A stretch of 64,000 bases of DNA from Candidatus Aenigmatarchaeota archaeon (GCA_018920345.1 JAHLMN010000009.1:23420-87419), one strand, 5' to 3'. Positions 17,773 to 27,878 are shown, counted from the stretch's first letter. Numbers and translations: made by a program. The notes: generated by a model not told the origin, from the sequence alone.

Positions 17773-18648
17773 TTGTTTTATTTTGGTTTATTTTCTCTAT
17801 TTTCCCTAACAAGTGTTTTTTTAATATCATTTCTTTTCTTTACTATTATCTTCTCTTTATATCTACCTAGCCTTTATAGATACACGAGTATTATTTTATA
17901 CATATTAATAGGTCTTTTATTTTTTTCATTTGTAAGCCAAGAAATTATAATATTAAAATCCTTTGCTGATTTTATAAACATAAAAAATAGATGGGTGCCT
18001 TGTGGCGGCCAAAAAACTATTATAGAAAAAATTTCATGTGCTTTAATAGGTTATATGCCAACAACGAGTACATCTATAATAGAAACTGTAATAATAATTT
18101 ATGGATTTTATCTCTACGGGTTTTTGATACCTATATTAATTTGCTATTATTTAATGAAAAATATTATAGATTTTAGTGGTGTAATAAACAATGAAAACTA
18201 TAAAAAAATAATATCATTTGGCTTTACTTTATTACTTTATAGATCATTAATTGTTTCCAAACTAATGGATTTTTTGTACATAGGTTATATTGGAATGGGT
18301 TTGATAATTTTAAATTTCATTATGTTAAATCATAGTATTAAAAAAATTAGAAATATTTCTATAAGAATAAAAAGTATAGAAGAAAAAGAAATTAAAAAAA
18401 GAAATATAAATGAATTAAAAGTTTTTGTCAAAAAATCTCTACAGAGACTAAAACTTATACCATCAACAAATTTAATTTCAGTTATTTTCGAAGATAGAAT
18501 AAGAAATAATTTAAAAACAATTTTTGAGTATGAAAATAAAGTTACAGAATTTGAAAATCTAGTTACAGAATTTGAGATTGCCATTAATAAAAAAAATAAA
18601 AATGGTGTGATATCAGCAATAGATAAAATGATAGCAGCAATAAATTAA
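17773..18648 (+). CDS. Multi-TM membrane protein, uncharacterised family, paralog 3 of 4 (most divergent; possible N-terminal extension via upstream overlapping ORF 17637-17870)
   Basis: Conserved ISCALIGYMP and DFSGVINN motifs. An overlapping out-of-frame upstream ORF has T8/A8 homopolymers at 17733-17752. Confidence 0.5.
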   Translation: MFYFGLFSLFSLTSVFLISFLFFTIIFSLYLPSLYRYTSIILYILIGLLFFSFVSQEIIILKSFADFINIKNRWVPCGGQKTIIEKISCALIGYMPTTSTSIIETVIIIYGFYLYGFLIPILICYYLMKNIIDFSGVINNENYKKIISFGFTLLLYRSLIVSKLMDFLYIGYIGMGLIILNFIMLNHSIKKIRNISIRIKSIEEKEIKKRNINELKVFVKKSLQRLKLIPSTNLISVIFEDRIRNNLKTIFEYENKVTEFENLVTEFEIAINKKNKNGVISAIDKMIAAIN

Positions 18649-18679
18649 AAATAATAAATTGAAATACTAATATGTTTTT

Positions 18680-19666
18680 ATGGAATTTTCAAAAAAAGGT
18701 GAAACAGACTATATAAGTATTTTCTTTCTAGCCGCCATATTTATCTCAACAATAATTGTAATATTTCTAACAGTACCGGGATTGTATGAATTTTTTATTG
18801 AATTTTCATCTTCTATATTTACATCTATAATAGTATTAGCTGTGGGTTCTTTCATAATAATATTTGGTGTCATATTAGCAGGTACTAATATTAGAGTTGG
18901 CAAAACACTAGCATATATAGGTGTAGCCACTCTAATAGTAGGATTTCTTATAATAGAAATGGCTTATGTCTCAAAATCAAAAGAATCATTAAAAACACCC
19001 ATGACAGAAAGATGCTCAGGGTCAGGAAGAGTTTTTCGCGGGGCAAATGCAGCTGATTTTGTAACTTGTATAATAACTGGATACAGATATGGTGGCGATT
19101 ATGGTACATGGGCATTTTTTGGTTTTTGGGTTTTTGGTGTAATAGTTCCTTTATTGCTTTTCATGTCATTATTTTATGATTTTGTAGATGCTTCTGGTGT
19201 TGTTAGGCAACCAAAATCAAAAAAAATAGTAGGATATTCTTTAGGTTTAATAGCTTACAGAGGATTTGCAGTTACAAATCTTCTAGAGATTCTAAGTCTA
19301 GGTACATTAGGCATTGCATTAATTGCTTTAAACTTGATATTTTTAGGTGGTTTATTAGCTTATATACACAGAGTTTTTGAAAGATGGAAACCTATAGAGC
19401 ATGCTATAGGAATTGCAAGAGCTGGAGCTAATTCCAGAAGAATTTTAAAAGATTATACTAAAGCAGCTATTAGAGCAGCAAAAGAAGGTGATGAGCACGC
19501 TCTTTTGGATATTTTAGATTCTATGGAGCATATTGCAACAAGAATAGATTGGCTAAATATAATAAAACAGTCAAAGAATGATGCGATACAAGGAAAATAT
19601 AATGATATAATAAATAATCTTCAAAGATTAGAAAACTCTTTGAATAACCCTTCACAAACAGCATAG
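18680..19666 (+). CDS. Multi-TM membrane protein, uncharacterised family, paralog 4 of 4
   Basis: Conserved FVTCIITGY, DFVDASGVV and VGYSLGLIAYRGF motifs. C-terminal soluble tail. Confidence 0.6.
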   Translation: MEFSKKGETDYISIFFLAAIFISTIIVIFLTVPGLYEFFIEFSSSIFTSIIVLAVGSFIIIFGVILAGTNIRVGKTLAYIGVATLIVGFLIIEMAYVSKSKESLKTPMTERCSGSGRVFRGANAADFVTCIITGYRYGGDYGTWAFFGFWVFGVIVPLLLFMSLFYDFVDASGVVRQPKSKKIVGYSLGLIAYRGFAVTNLLEILSLGTLGIALIALNLIFLGGLLAYIHRVFERWKPIEHAIGIARAGANSRRILKDYTKAAIRAAKEGDEHALLDILDSMEHIATRIDWLNIIKQSKNDAIQGKYNDIINNLQRLENSLNNPSQTA

Positions 19667-19983
19667 TGTTTATTATGTATGGTTTAGAAAATATCTTAAA
19701 CAGCGATGCTTTGTTCGTCTATTTTTTATCTTTTATAATACTTGTTACTATTCTTTATGATCTATTACAAAGATTGAATTTTTTTAATAGCAGATATGTA
19801 AGCATTACTGTAGCTTTAATAATTTCATTTTATGTGTTTCTCACAAACGGTTATAGAATAATAAATTTTATATTATCTTTGAGTACAATAGGGATTATAA
19901 TACTTTTTGGTATCTTGATCCTGGTCATAATTGTTTTCAGGTTTTGGAAAAGAGCAAAATATGAAGCTACAGGCTATTTTTAA
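19666..19983 (+). CDS. Small hypothetical membrane protein (3 TM)
   Basis: 105 aa, hydrophobic. Start overlaps the stop of the previous gene (ATGA-type coupling). Confidence 0.35.
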   Translation: MFIMYGLENILNSDALFVYFLSFIILVTILYDLLQRLNFFNSRYVSITVALIISFYVFLTNGYRIINFILSLSTIGIIILFGILILVIIVFRFWKRAKYEATGYF

Positions 19984-20579
19984 ACAGTAGCTTCTCTATA
20001 GATTCTTTTGTAATGTTCTCTTCTCTCTATAAGCATATCTAAAGCATCTGACAACTCGTTTTTTATTTTTCTTACTCTTTCAAGTTCTTTAAAAATTTTA
20101 GGATCTTTATTATTAGCAAATTGTAGCTCTAAATTATGCTCTTGTATCTTTATATTTTCTAATCTTCCCTGGAGCTCAACGAGTCTTTTTTCTATATTGC
20201 TCATTTCTTGAGATATTTGTTTTCTACTCATCCTTCTTACATCACTATATTTAACTAATTTTTTTGCTCTATTTTGTTTTTTTGAAGCCAAAATTGCTCC
20301 TAAAAGAAATATTCCTATATATATACCGGTTGAACCAAGACTTCCTAATGATAAAGCAAAAGATGAAAATGAGTTTACTATACCAAAAAAGTATGAAAAA
20401 GCTGTTAAACCAAGAGAAATTATTATAGAAAAAATTTGAGGAACTTTTACAAAAGACAATATACCATAAAATAAAACAAACAAAACTATTGATGGAACAA
20501 TAAATGCATTGATATAATCCACATTTGTTTGAGCTGACACTAAACTAAAAGATAAAGGTATTAGCAATAACCATTTCAT
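19980..20579 (-). CDS. Hypothetical membrane protein with C-terminal coiled coil
   Basis: N-terminal signal/TM segments followed by a charged coiled-coil tail (RLVELQGRLENIKIQEHNLELQ). Confidence 0.4.
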   Translation of the reverse strand: MKWLLLIPLSFSLVSAQTNVDYINAFIVPSIVLFVLFYGILSFVKVPQIFSIIISLGLTAFSYFFGIVNSFSSFALSLGSLGSTGIYIGIFLLGAILASKKQNRAKKLVKYSDVRRMSRKQISQEMSNIEKRLVELQGRLENIKIQEHNLELQFANNKDPKIFKELERVRKIKNELSDALDMLIERREHYKRIYREATV

Positions 20580-20608
20580 AAATATAATTATTATTTTTGA
20601 TATAGAAA

Positions 20609-20980
20609 TTACTTTTTCTTTATTAAACCAATCATCTGCCTTAATGTAATTATACCTTTGTAATATCCTTTTTTATCAATCACAGGAACAGTAAGATAAT
20701 CTTTTTCTATCATTGTCTTCATTATATTTTCTATTTCTTCATTTTCTTTAACACAAAAAACAGGTGTTGTCATTATCTCTTTTGCTAAAGTTTTCTTAGG
20801 ATCCTTTCCTTTTGACAAAACTCTTGCTACTATATCCCTCATAGTTATTATTCCAACAGGTTTTTTCTTTTCTAAAACAACTATTGATTTATTCAACTTC
20901 ATTTTTTTGGAAACAGATAAAATATCTTCTTCAGGAGAAGCGGTGTCTTGCTTTACTGCCTTTATTTTCGAAACTTTCAT
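20609..20980 (-). CDS. CBS-domain pair protein
   Basis: Two CBS motifs (VVLEKKKPVGIITMRDIV ... DYLTVPVIDKKGYYKGIITLRQM). Confidence 0.7.
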   Translation of the reverse strand: MKVSKIKAVKQDTASPEEDILSVSKKMKLNKSIVVLEKKKPVGIITMRDIVARVLSKGKDPKKTLAKEIMTTPVFCVKENEEIENIMKTMIEKDYLTVPVIDKKGYYKGIITLRQMIGLIKKK

Positions 20981-21019
20981 AATAGAATGTATAAATTTTA
21001 TCTTTTTTATAAATTCAAT

Positions 21020-21526
21020 ATGGGTTTTGATACAAAAAAAGTCGGGGAAAGAGTTTGGAAAGATAGGCCATATTTAAGAAATCTTATAACTGAATTATTC
21101 TTTAAGGATCCTGAAGAAATTTTAAAATCTATTCCATCTATTTATGAGCAACTAGAAAGAGATCCTGGTTTTGAGCAGAAAATAAAAGAAATTGTTAATA
21201 AACATAGAAAAAGCTGGGAGACGGCAACACGTATTGACATTTATGATGCTATCTATAGTGCTGCTCAGATTGCTAGTTTAGCGTCCACTTATGGTCTTGA
21301 TTTACCTGTTGAAAGAATAGCAGAAATATTAGAAACATTACCAAAACTTCCATATATTTATAGTTATAGCAAAAAAATGGGTATGCCATATGCTTTAGTT
21401 TTAGCCTTATATGAGCTTGTATCAATACTAGATCCTACAAATATTTTGGATATTTTACCAACCTATAGAGCAGCAGAAATATATAGTATGTATAGAGAAT
21501 TAAAGCAATTTATGAAAAAACATTAA
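21020..21526 (+). CDS. Hypothetical protein (start placed at internal Met to avoid divergent overlap)
   Basis: ORF 20948-21526. The first 24 codons overlap the CBS gene start. No recognisable domain. Confidence 0.35.
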   Translation: MGFDTKKVGERVWKDRPYLRNLITELFFKDPEEILKSIPSIYEQLERDPGFEQKIKEIVNKHRKSWETATRIDIYDAIYSAAQIASLASTYGLDLPVERIAEILETLPKLPYIYSYSKKMGMPYALVLALYELVSILDPTNILDILPTYRAAEIYSMYRELKQFMKKH

Positions 21527-22980
21527 AATATAGATTTTATTTTTTCTTTAACAACTTCATTTACTATACTTCCATCTATTCGTCCTCTTACTTCAGCCAT
21601 TACTAAACCCATAAGTATTTTTTCAGCATTTCCTGTTTTTAGCTTGTCTATATTTTGTTTTATTTTTTGCTCTACTATTTTTTCTAGCTCACTTTTATTT
21701 ATACTTCTTAATTTTAGCATATCTATAAGTTTATCAATATCTTTTTCTTTTAGAATATTTTCAATCAACACAGGTATAGCTTCTTTAGCAATCTTACCAT
21801 GCTTATGAGCTAACAAAATATTTATTATATCTTGATCATCCAAACTATCAACATCAACACCCTTTCTTGACAAATCCTTTAGAATATTTACTAATGTTGA
21901 AGCTGCTATTGCTTTATCTATTCCTAAATTTACAGCTTCTTCAAATATTTGCCATCTCTCGTTTACAAGTTGACTAGCAATCTCATGAGAAAGTTTGTAT
22001 TCTTTTAAATATCTTTCCAATTTTTTATCTAAACTTTCAGGCAAATTTTTCTTTATCTTTTCTAGCAATTTTTTATCGACTAATATTGGATAAACATCTG
22101 TTTCAACATACATTCTTGCAGCCCCAGATAAAGGACGTAAAAATTTTGTGCTACAATCATCCAAAGCAACTCTTACACTATTTTCTAATTTTTCACCTTT
22201 CTTCAAAGCATCCAACTGTCTTTGCACTTCTTTAACTACAACCTCTGGTATTTGACTCAAACGTTGTACATGTTTTATCTCTGTTCTTACACCATCTTTT
22301 ATAGAAACATTTACATCCTGTCTAACTACACCTAAACCTAATTTTACTTTGCCTGTAGATTTTAGTAATTTGCCTAATTGCTCAGCTGCTTCTAAAGCTT
22401 GCTCTGGTGTATGAATATCTGGTTTTGTGCTTATTTCTACTTCTGGCATACCCAATCTATCTAGTCTAAATATTGATTTGTTGTTATCAATTATTCTTGC
22501 AGAATCCTCTTCTAAAGAAATACTTGCAACACCAATTTTACCAAAAGATGTTTCTATATAGCCATTCAAGCCTATAAGCATTGTTCTCTGAAAACCAGAA
22601 ACATTAGAGCCGTCTATAATTGTTTTACGCATAACATGAATTTCGTCAACTATTCTAGCATTTAATAGCTCAGCAATAATAAAAGAGATCTCCAAAGCTT
22701 CTGGATTTGGTTGATGTGGTGGCTCTTCATCTATTTCCACTAAACAATTAACATCATTATAAAATTGATAAATAATTTTTTTACCTTTCATTGCTTCAAC
22801 TTTAGCAGCAACATCAATATCACCTAACTCACTGAAAGAAGGTCTTAGATATCTTTCTATTATTTTATCAGGATCTCTATTAACAAGTCTGTTTGGACAA
22901 TTACAGAAAAGTTTTGTTTTTGTTGCTAATTCCCAATGAACTTCTAAACCAACTTTTAATCCTAACTCTTGCCAATTCAT
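21523..22980 (-). CDS. gatB: GatB/GatE-family tRNA-dependent amidotransferase subunit (length fits GatB)
   Basis: N-terminal GLEVHWEL...KLFCNCP motif. 485 aa with a GatB/YqeY-like C-terminal tail. Confidence 0.65.
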   Translation of the reverse strand: MNWQELGLKVGLEVHWELATKTKLFCNCPNRLVNRDPDKIIERYLRPSFSELGDIDVAAKVEAMKGKKIIYQFYNDVNCLVEIDEEPPHQPNPEALEISFIIAELLNARIVDEIHVMRKTIIDGSNVSGFQRTMLIGLNGYIETSFGKIGVASISLEEDSARIIDNNKSIFRLDRLGMPEVEISTKPDIHTPEQALEAAEQLGKLLKSTGKVKLGLGVVRQDVNVSIKDGVRTEIKHVQRLSQIPEVVVKEVQRQLDALKKGEKLENSVRVALDDCSTKFLRPLSGAARMYVETDVYPILVDKKLLEKIKKNLPESLDKKLERYLKEYKLSHEIASQLVNERWQIFEEAVNLGIDKAIAASTLVNILKDLSRKGVDVDSLDDQDIINILLAHKHGKIAKEAIPVLIENILKEKDIDKLIDMLKLRSINKSELEKIVEQKIKQNIDKLKTGNAEKILMGLVMAEVRGRIDGSIVNEVVKEKIKSIF

Positions 22981-23022
22981 ACTATAATTATTAAATGTAA
23001 AGAAATAAAAACAGTTTTGAAA

Positions 23023-23187
23023 TTATATTTTTAGTTTTGTTCTTTTCCAATTTCTTCTAAAAATACCAGCCCTTCTATTTCTAGCTCTTTTGACGCCAAA
23101 CTTTTTGATATCAACCCATCTAGGGGATTGTCTAACTTTACCTGCTTTTATTTGCCTTAACTTTCTACTTAGAATCTTTCTTCCCAT
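23023..23187 (-). CDS. rpl39e: 50S ribosomal protein L39e (54 aa; below ORF-track cutoff)
   Basis: Manual translation gives MGRKILSRKLRQIKAGKVRQSPRWVDIKKFGVKRARNRRAGIFRRNWKRTKLKI. A basic, L39e-like protein just downstream of the exosome genes. Confidence 0.5.
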   Translation of the reverse strand: MGRKILSRKLRQIKAGKVRQSPRWVDIKKFGVKRARNRRAGIFRRNWKRTKLKI

Positions 23188-23192
23188 ATTAA

Positions 23193-23960
23193 TCACAATA
23201 ATTTTCTAAGCTCTTTTGATTTTTTAGCTGCAAGATTAATCATTTCATCTATATTTTTAACATTTAAACCTTTTGCACCACCTTTTTGCATAGAGCATAT
23301 ATAACCATCTTCTCTAACAGCTACACTCAGCCAAGCATCTAAGACATCTTCCTCTTCTTTTGTCAAATCAACAACATATTTATCCAATATCTTTGAAACA
23401 GTAACATTTATTGGTGTGTGTAACATAGGCAGTTTTCCTATGTATTCACCTCTTATTATTTTTTCATCCTCATATTTAGGTATTCTTGTATTCATTAAAG
23501 CTATTAAAGAAGCAAGTGAAGAAGCGTCAATTAGATTACCGTCATGATTGATTATATGAATATCAATAAAAACACCCCAAACTTTTTGTCCCTCAACCAA
23601 ACAAAGTTTTTCTAAATCAATAGAGTTTGACTCTCTTATACCTCTGTCAACAACTCTTGCAAGCTCTGTGGCATCTTCTGAAGGAGGTCCTGGTAAGAAA
23701 TCAGGATGTGCAATAGGTGCAAACTCAGCATTTGTTTTTAACATACCTTCATTAGGCGTATCAGGAAATGGTGTTTCTATTTCCATTTTTATGCCAGCAA
23801 TAACATCTGTCTTGCCTATTTTTACTCTAGCAGAACCTTCTGCTTTTTCAATTATATTTTTTTCGATATTTATTTGTCTAAATTCATCTAGTTTTCTTCC
23901 ATCTATTCTTTCATTTTTTTCCAACAACTTCAAAATATAATTTGCTCTCAACATATTCAC
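23193..23960 (-). CDS. rrp42: Exosome complex component Rrp42 (RNase PH-like)
   Basis: RNase PH fold motifs. Position after Rrp41 in the conserved archaeal exosome operon. Confidence 0.8.
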   Translation of the reverse strand: MNMLRANYILKLLEKNERIDGRKLDEFRQINIEKNIIEKAEGSARVKIGKTDVIAGIKMEIETPFPDTPNEGMLKTNAEFAPIAHPDFLPGPPSEDATELARVVDRGIRESNSIDLEKLCLVEGQKVWGVFIDIHIINHDGNLIDASSLASLIALMNTRIPKYEDEKIIRGEYIGKLPMLHTPINVTVSKILDKYVVDLTKEEEDVLDAWLSVAVREDGYICSMQKGGAKGLNVKNIDEMINLAAKKSKELRKLL

Positions 23961-24682
23961 TCACTATATCTATCTTTTAATGCCTTTATCTGCATTTTAT
24001 AAATTTCTTCACCTGCTTTAAACATTTCAGTCATAAGTTTCTTTATCTCTTCTTGCTTCAATTCTCCATCCATTTGTAATAATGTTATTTCCTTTTTATT
24101 AGCAGTAAAGGCCATAGGCATATCTGCTTCAGAATTATTATCTTCCAAACCATTCAAGTCAAGAATTAAAGTACCATTTATCTTACCACCTGATAAAGCA
24201 ACTACCAAATCTTTCATCGGAACACCAGCGTCAGCTAAAGCCAAAGAAGCAGCATTAATGCTTGTCACTCTTGTCGAGCCATCTGCTTGTATTATTTCTA
24301 TATAAATGTCTATTGTTGTCTTTGGATAATTTTCCAAGAATAATACTGGCTCAAAAGCTTGTCTAATCACTTTAGATATTTCTATTTCTCTTCTTGATGA
24401 TCCAGGTTTGACGCGATCATCAGTAGAGAATGGCGCCATATTATAGCGACATTGTATTATAGCTTTGTCACCTTCTTGTAAATGTTTAGGAAGAAGCAAT
24501 CTAGGGCCATAAACAGCTGCTACTGCAATTGTCTTACCAAATCTTACCATTGCAGAGCCATTGGCATTTGGTATAATACCAACTTTCATCTCTACATCTC
24601 TTATTTGCAAAGGCTTTCTGCCGTCTAGTCTTTTTCCATCTTTTATTAATTCTATACCTTTTATCTTAGCCATCTTTATCAC
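23957..24682 (-). CDS. rrp41: Exosome complex exonuclease Rrp41
   Basis: GRKPLQIRDVEMKVGIIPNANGSAMVRFGKTIAVAAVYGPR RNase PH signature. Confidence 0.85.
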   Translation of the reverse strand: MIKMAKIKGIELIKDGKRLDGRKPLQIRDVEMKVGIIPNANGSAMVRFGKTIAVAAVYGPRLLLPKHLQEGDKAIIQCRYNMAPFSTDDRVKPGSSRREIEISKVIRQAFEPVLFLENYPKTTIDIYIEIIQADGSTRVTSINAASLALADAGVPMKDLVVALSGGKINGTLILDLNGLEDNNSEADMPMAFTANKKEITLLQMDGELKQEEIKKLMTEMFKAGEEIYKMQIKALKDRYSE

Positions 24683-25349
24683 TCAATAATTTTGTTATCT
24701 CATCAGTTAAACCATAAATATGAGATTTTTCGTCAATCTTCTTTATTGCCATAATTGCTTTGTCTATCTTTTCACCAGAAATCCATACTATGCCGTTTTG
24801 GCCAACTCTTATCATTGTTTTTGTCTTTTCTTTTATTAAATTGATCATACTTCCTTCTTTTCCTATTAACCTTGGGACTTTGCTTGGTGTTATTTTTACT
24901 AAAACACCTTCTCTTAATTTTTTAAAAGCAGGTCCTTTCATAGTTAGTTGCACATCTCCTCTTTTAGCTGATAAAATCTGTGCATAAATAACATCGCCCT
25001 CATCATAATATCTATTTAGCAATACTCTTTTAAGATCTATAAATTCTTCAACACCTTCTGATAAAGAAAGAAAAGCCTCCCATGGAGAATTAATGTCAAC
25101 GACCCATCCAACCTTTTCTACAGCAGTTACAATGCCTATAACATGATCTCCTGGTTTTGGAACATAAACACCAGCTAAAGGCACGACTGAAATATAATTA
25201 CCGCTTTTGACCAAAATACCTAAATATTTTGAAACAATATTTCCATTATCTTCATAAGTTCCAGAGCTAGGTAAATATTCGCTTTTACTTCCTAATATTT
25301 GGCCGGGAAAAGCTATTTCTCTAACACCATTTTCTTTTTCTTTTGTCAT
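24666..25349 (-). CDS. rrp4: Exosome RNA-binding subunit Rrp4 (S1 + KH domains)
   Basis: S1 domain, then a KH motif (LIGKEGSMINLIKEKTKTMIRVGQNG). Confidence 0.8.
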   Translation of the reverse strand: MTKEKENGVREIAFPGQILGSKSEYLPSSGTYEDNGNIVSKYLGILVKSGNYISVVPLAGVYVPKPGDHVIGIVTAVEKVGWVVDINSPWEAFLSLSEGVEEFIDLKRVLLNRYYDEGDVIYAQILSAKRGDVQLTMKGPAFKKLREGVLVKITPSKVPRLIGKEGSMINLIKEKTKTMIRVGQNGIVWISGEKIDKAIMAIKKIDEKSHIYGLTDEITKLLSDKDG

Positions 25350-26053
25350 ACATCCTCCCTTCTTAAAATATCTGATTTGAAATTACCATGAGTCGAGTCT
25401 CCTACTTGTTTTAGCAAATCAACTTGTAAACCAGCTGGTATGTTTGCTATTATCTGCAAAGAACCATCACCTAACCATTTTTCTTCAAATTCTGGTACAA
25501 TCTTTTTGACAGATGAATATACCTTACCAGCAAATTGTGGTGGTACTGTTAATTGAATAACAACTCTTTGCAATTTTATAGGCAATAAAGCTTTTATAGC
25601 TTTTATAGTCTTATCTATCTGCGACTCCGCATCAGCAAAAGGGTCTATTTGAACACCTGCCTGCTCCATTGCGTTTATTATCCTACTAGGTGGATGTGGT
25701 AAATTATTTTGTGGATTAATAGCTTGTTTAGCTATTATCTCTGCTATCTGTGTTTTCTTTTCTTCTATCATTTTTCTTCTTTGCTCTGTAGTGAGCTGCA
25801 TTTCACCTTCTGTCAATATTTTGACAATAACTTGATCTATGTTTGTGGTTGAAAATCCTTTTTGTAATTCCTCTGTAGAAATTAAATCACCCTTTCTTGC
25901 ATCTCTAAAAACATTTTTTACAGCCAATATCTCTTCTAAATCTCCTTTTTTTGTTTTTCTAAATTCATCTGCTTTATAAGGGTCAACTAATATTTCAAAA
26001 GTCAAACCTGCCTTTTTCAATCTGCATATAACTGCTTCGTCTACACTAACCAT
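25346..26053 (-). CDS. sdo1: Ribosome maturation protein SBDS/Sdo1
   Basis: 235-aa SBDS-like protein in the canonical position between psmA and rrp4. Confidence 0.75.
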   Translation of the reverse strand: MVSVDEAVICRLKKAGLTFEILVDPYKADEFRKTKKGDLEEILAVKNVFRDARKGDLISTEELQKGFSTTNIDQVIVKILTEGEMQLTTEQRRKMIEEKKTQIAEIIAKQAINPQNNLPHPPSRIINAMEQAGVQIDPFADAESQIDKTIKAIKALLPIKLQRVVIQLTVPPQFAGKVYSSVKKIVPEFEEKWLGDGSLQIIANIPAGLQVDLLKQVGDSTHGNFKSDILRREDV

Positions 26054-26060
26054 AATTAAC

Positions 26061-26765
26061 TCACATTAATTTTTTTATTTCATCTTCAGATAATATCGTC
26101 AAACCCTTTTCAGCCTTTATAACAGCAATCTCTACAGAATCAGTGTCTTTTACTTTTTCTGATTTTTTGATAACTTCCATCATTAACTTTAAAGCGTTTT
26201 TTTCGTCCATATCTTGCTTGTATTTTTCTTTGAATATTTTGTTTGCAACAGGAGAGCCTCTTCCTATAGAATAAGCTAACCATTCAAAAAGCATACCGGA
26301 TGGATCTGATTCTATTAGATGTGGACCTGTTGCATCAACACCTCCTAGAAGAAAAGATACACCAAAAGGTCTTAATCCTGCGTACAAAGTAGATACTTGC
26401 ATTCTATCGCCTAGAACTCTTGCTAAAGACCAAACGTCTATGGGTTCTTCATAGGTTATCTTGTTTATTTGTGCTCTTACTCTCAATTGATTTACAAGTA
26501 CTCTGGCATCTGCTAATAAGCCGGCAGCAACAGCACCTATATGGTCATCTATCTTAAACAATTTTTCAGTTGTTTTTGTAACAGCTAAATCCATTTGTTG
26601 TTTTACGGTTGCTAAAACAACGCCGTTTTTGAATGTCAAACCAAGAGATGTTGTTCCTTTTTTTACAGCTTCTTTAGCATATTCTACTTGAAATAGTCTG
26701 CCATCAGGACTAAAAACTGCGATAGTTCTATCATAACCCATATATTCAGGTAAAACAGCCGGCAT
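26061..26765 (-). CDS. psmA: Proteasome subunit alpha
   Basis: YDRTIAVFSPDGRLFQVEYA N-terminal proteasome-alpha signature. Confidence 0.9.
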   Translation of the reverse strand: MPAVLPEYMGYDRTIAVFSPDGRLFQVEYAKEAVKKGTTSLGLTFKNGVVLATVKQQMDLAVTKTTEKLFKIDDHIGAVAAGLLADARVLVNQLRVRAQINKITYEEPIDVWSLARVLGDRMQVSTLYAGLRPFGVSFLLGGVDATGPHLIESDPSGMLFEWLAYSIGRGSPVANKIFKEKYKQDMDEKNALKLMMEVIKKSEKVKDTDSVEIAVIKAEKGLTILSEDEIKKLM

Positions 26766-26829
26766 TTCATATCACCTCATAAGCATATAACAAAATATTG
26801 GTATTGCATTTTTAAATTATTTTGAATTT

Positions 26830-27198
26830 TTAAAGATTTGCTTTACATCCTTTTATAGTACCAGAAACTTTCAATATTTTTACAGCAATTCTCGTATCTC
26901 CTAACCTATTTATCAAACCTAGAGATGCTATTAAAGCAGGTACAGATAAATGATTACATCTTATTATGCATGTCTGATTATTTTTATCCCATCTGTCTTT
27001 TATCAACCAGGCTGATGTTTTTGAAGTTCCATATTCTCCTAAAAAATCAAGCATAGTGTTCCATATAGCACTTTCTAGATCAGAATATTCTATTGGCTCT
27101 TCTGAGATTATTTTGAATAAAATATATCTGTTTTTTTCCCTCAAACTTGCTGGTAATACTTTTAGCTTCATAACTCTTTTACACCTGGCATTATCCAT
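26830..27198 (-). CDS. RNase P protein component Pop5 (Rpp14-like)
   Basis: LPASLREKNRYILFKI motif. About 120 aa, upstream of psmA as in the archaeal superoperon. Confidence 0.6.
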   Translation of the reverse strand: MDNARCKRVMKLKVLPASLREKNRYILFKIISEEPIEYSDLESAIWNTMLDFLGEYGTSKTSAWLIKDRWDKNNQTCIIRCNHLSVPALIASLGLINRLGDTRIAVKILKVSGTIKGCKANL

Positions 27199-27878
27199 TT
27201 AGGAGATTTTCTTTCTTTTATTTGATCTATTATCTTTTGAGGTATTGTACTCAAACTATTTTTAGCTTCTTTTAGTTCTAAACCAAGCATAACACCCATT
27301 GACATTAAAACTTTTGGGTCTTTTAATTGCCAATGTGATATTGCACCAGAGCAAATAATAACTGGTGCCTTGTATTTTTTACATAATCTAATGTTTTGCT
27401 CTATGTGCTTCATTATTAATGCTCTTGTAGCTTTCGTGTTGATCAAAATATTTCTAAAATTTAACTCAATGGCAACATTATTTTTAGCCGCCTCTTTGAT
27501 CAAAACATGATTAAGGCCAGAATCTTTTCTGTTAAGTTCTGGGTGTGTCAAAATATCAACTTCTGGCGTCTCTACAGCTAATCTATTCAGCTTTAAATCA
27601 TATCCTCTCACTAATAGAACATCGTATTCTCTTCTTATTTTCACTAGTTTTTTTAACTCATTTGCGTTTCTTGCTTCAAAACCTAAAAATATCTTTATTT
27701 TGGCTTCTTTGGAGATCTGATTAATCTCTTTTTTAATTTCATCCATTTTTTCTTTACTTTTAAAATATTCTGCAAAACATATACCAGAATATCCAAGAAT
27801 TTTGGCTTGGGTTGCTATTTCTTTCAAGCTACTTTCTCCTTCAGAAAAGGCAGAATGAACATGCATATCAAAATACAT
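27168..27878 (-). CDS. RNase P protein component Rpp30 (PHP/TIM-barrel)
   Basis: MYFDMHVHS start and PHP-like metal-binding residues. Adjacent to Pop5. Confidence 0.65.
   Translation of the reverse strand: MYFDMHVHSAFSEGESSLKEIATQAKILGYSGICFAEYFKSKEKMDEIKKEINQISKEAKIKIFLGFEARNANELKKLVKIRREYDVLLVRGYDLKLNRLAVETPEVDILTHPELNRKDSGLNHVLIKEAAKNNVAIELNFRNILINTKATRALIMKHIEQNIRLCKKYKAPVIICSGAISHWQLKDPKVLMSMGVMLGLELKEAKNSLSTIPQKIIDQIKERKSPKWIMPGVKEL

Noticed and set aside
18541-18576. Direct repeat GTTACAGAATTTGA ×2
   Set aside because: In-frame duplication encoding VTEFENLVTEFE within the paralog-3 tail. A small coding tandem duplication, not a regulatory element.
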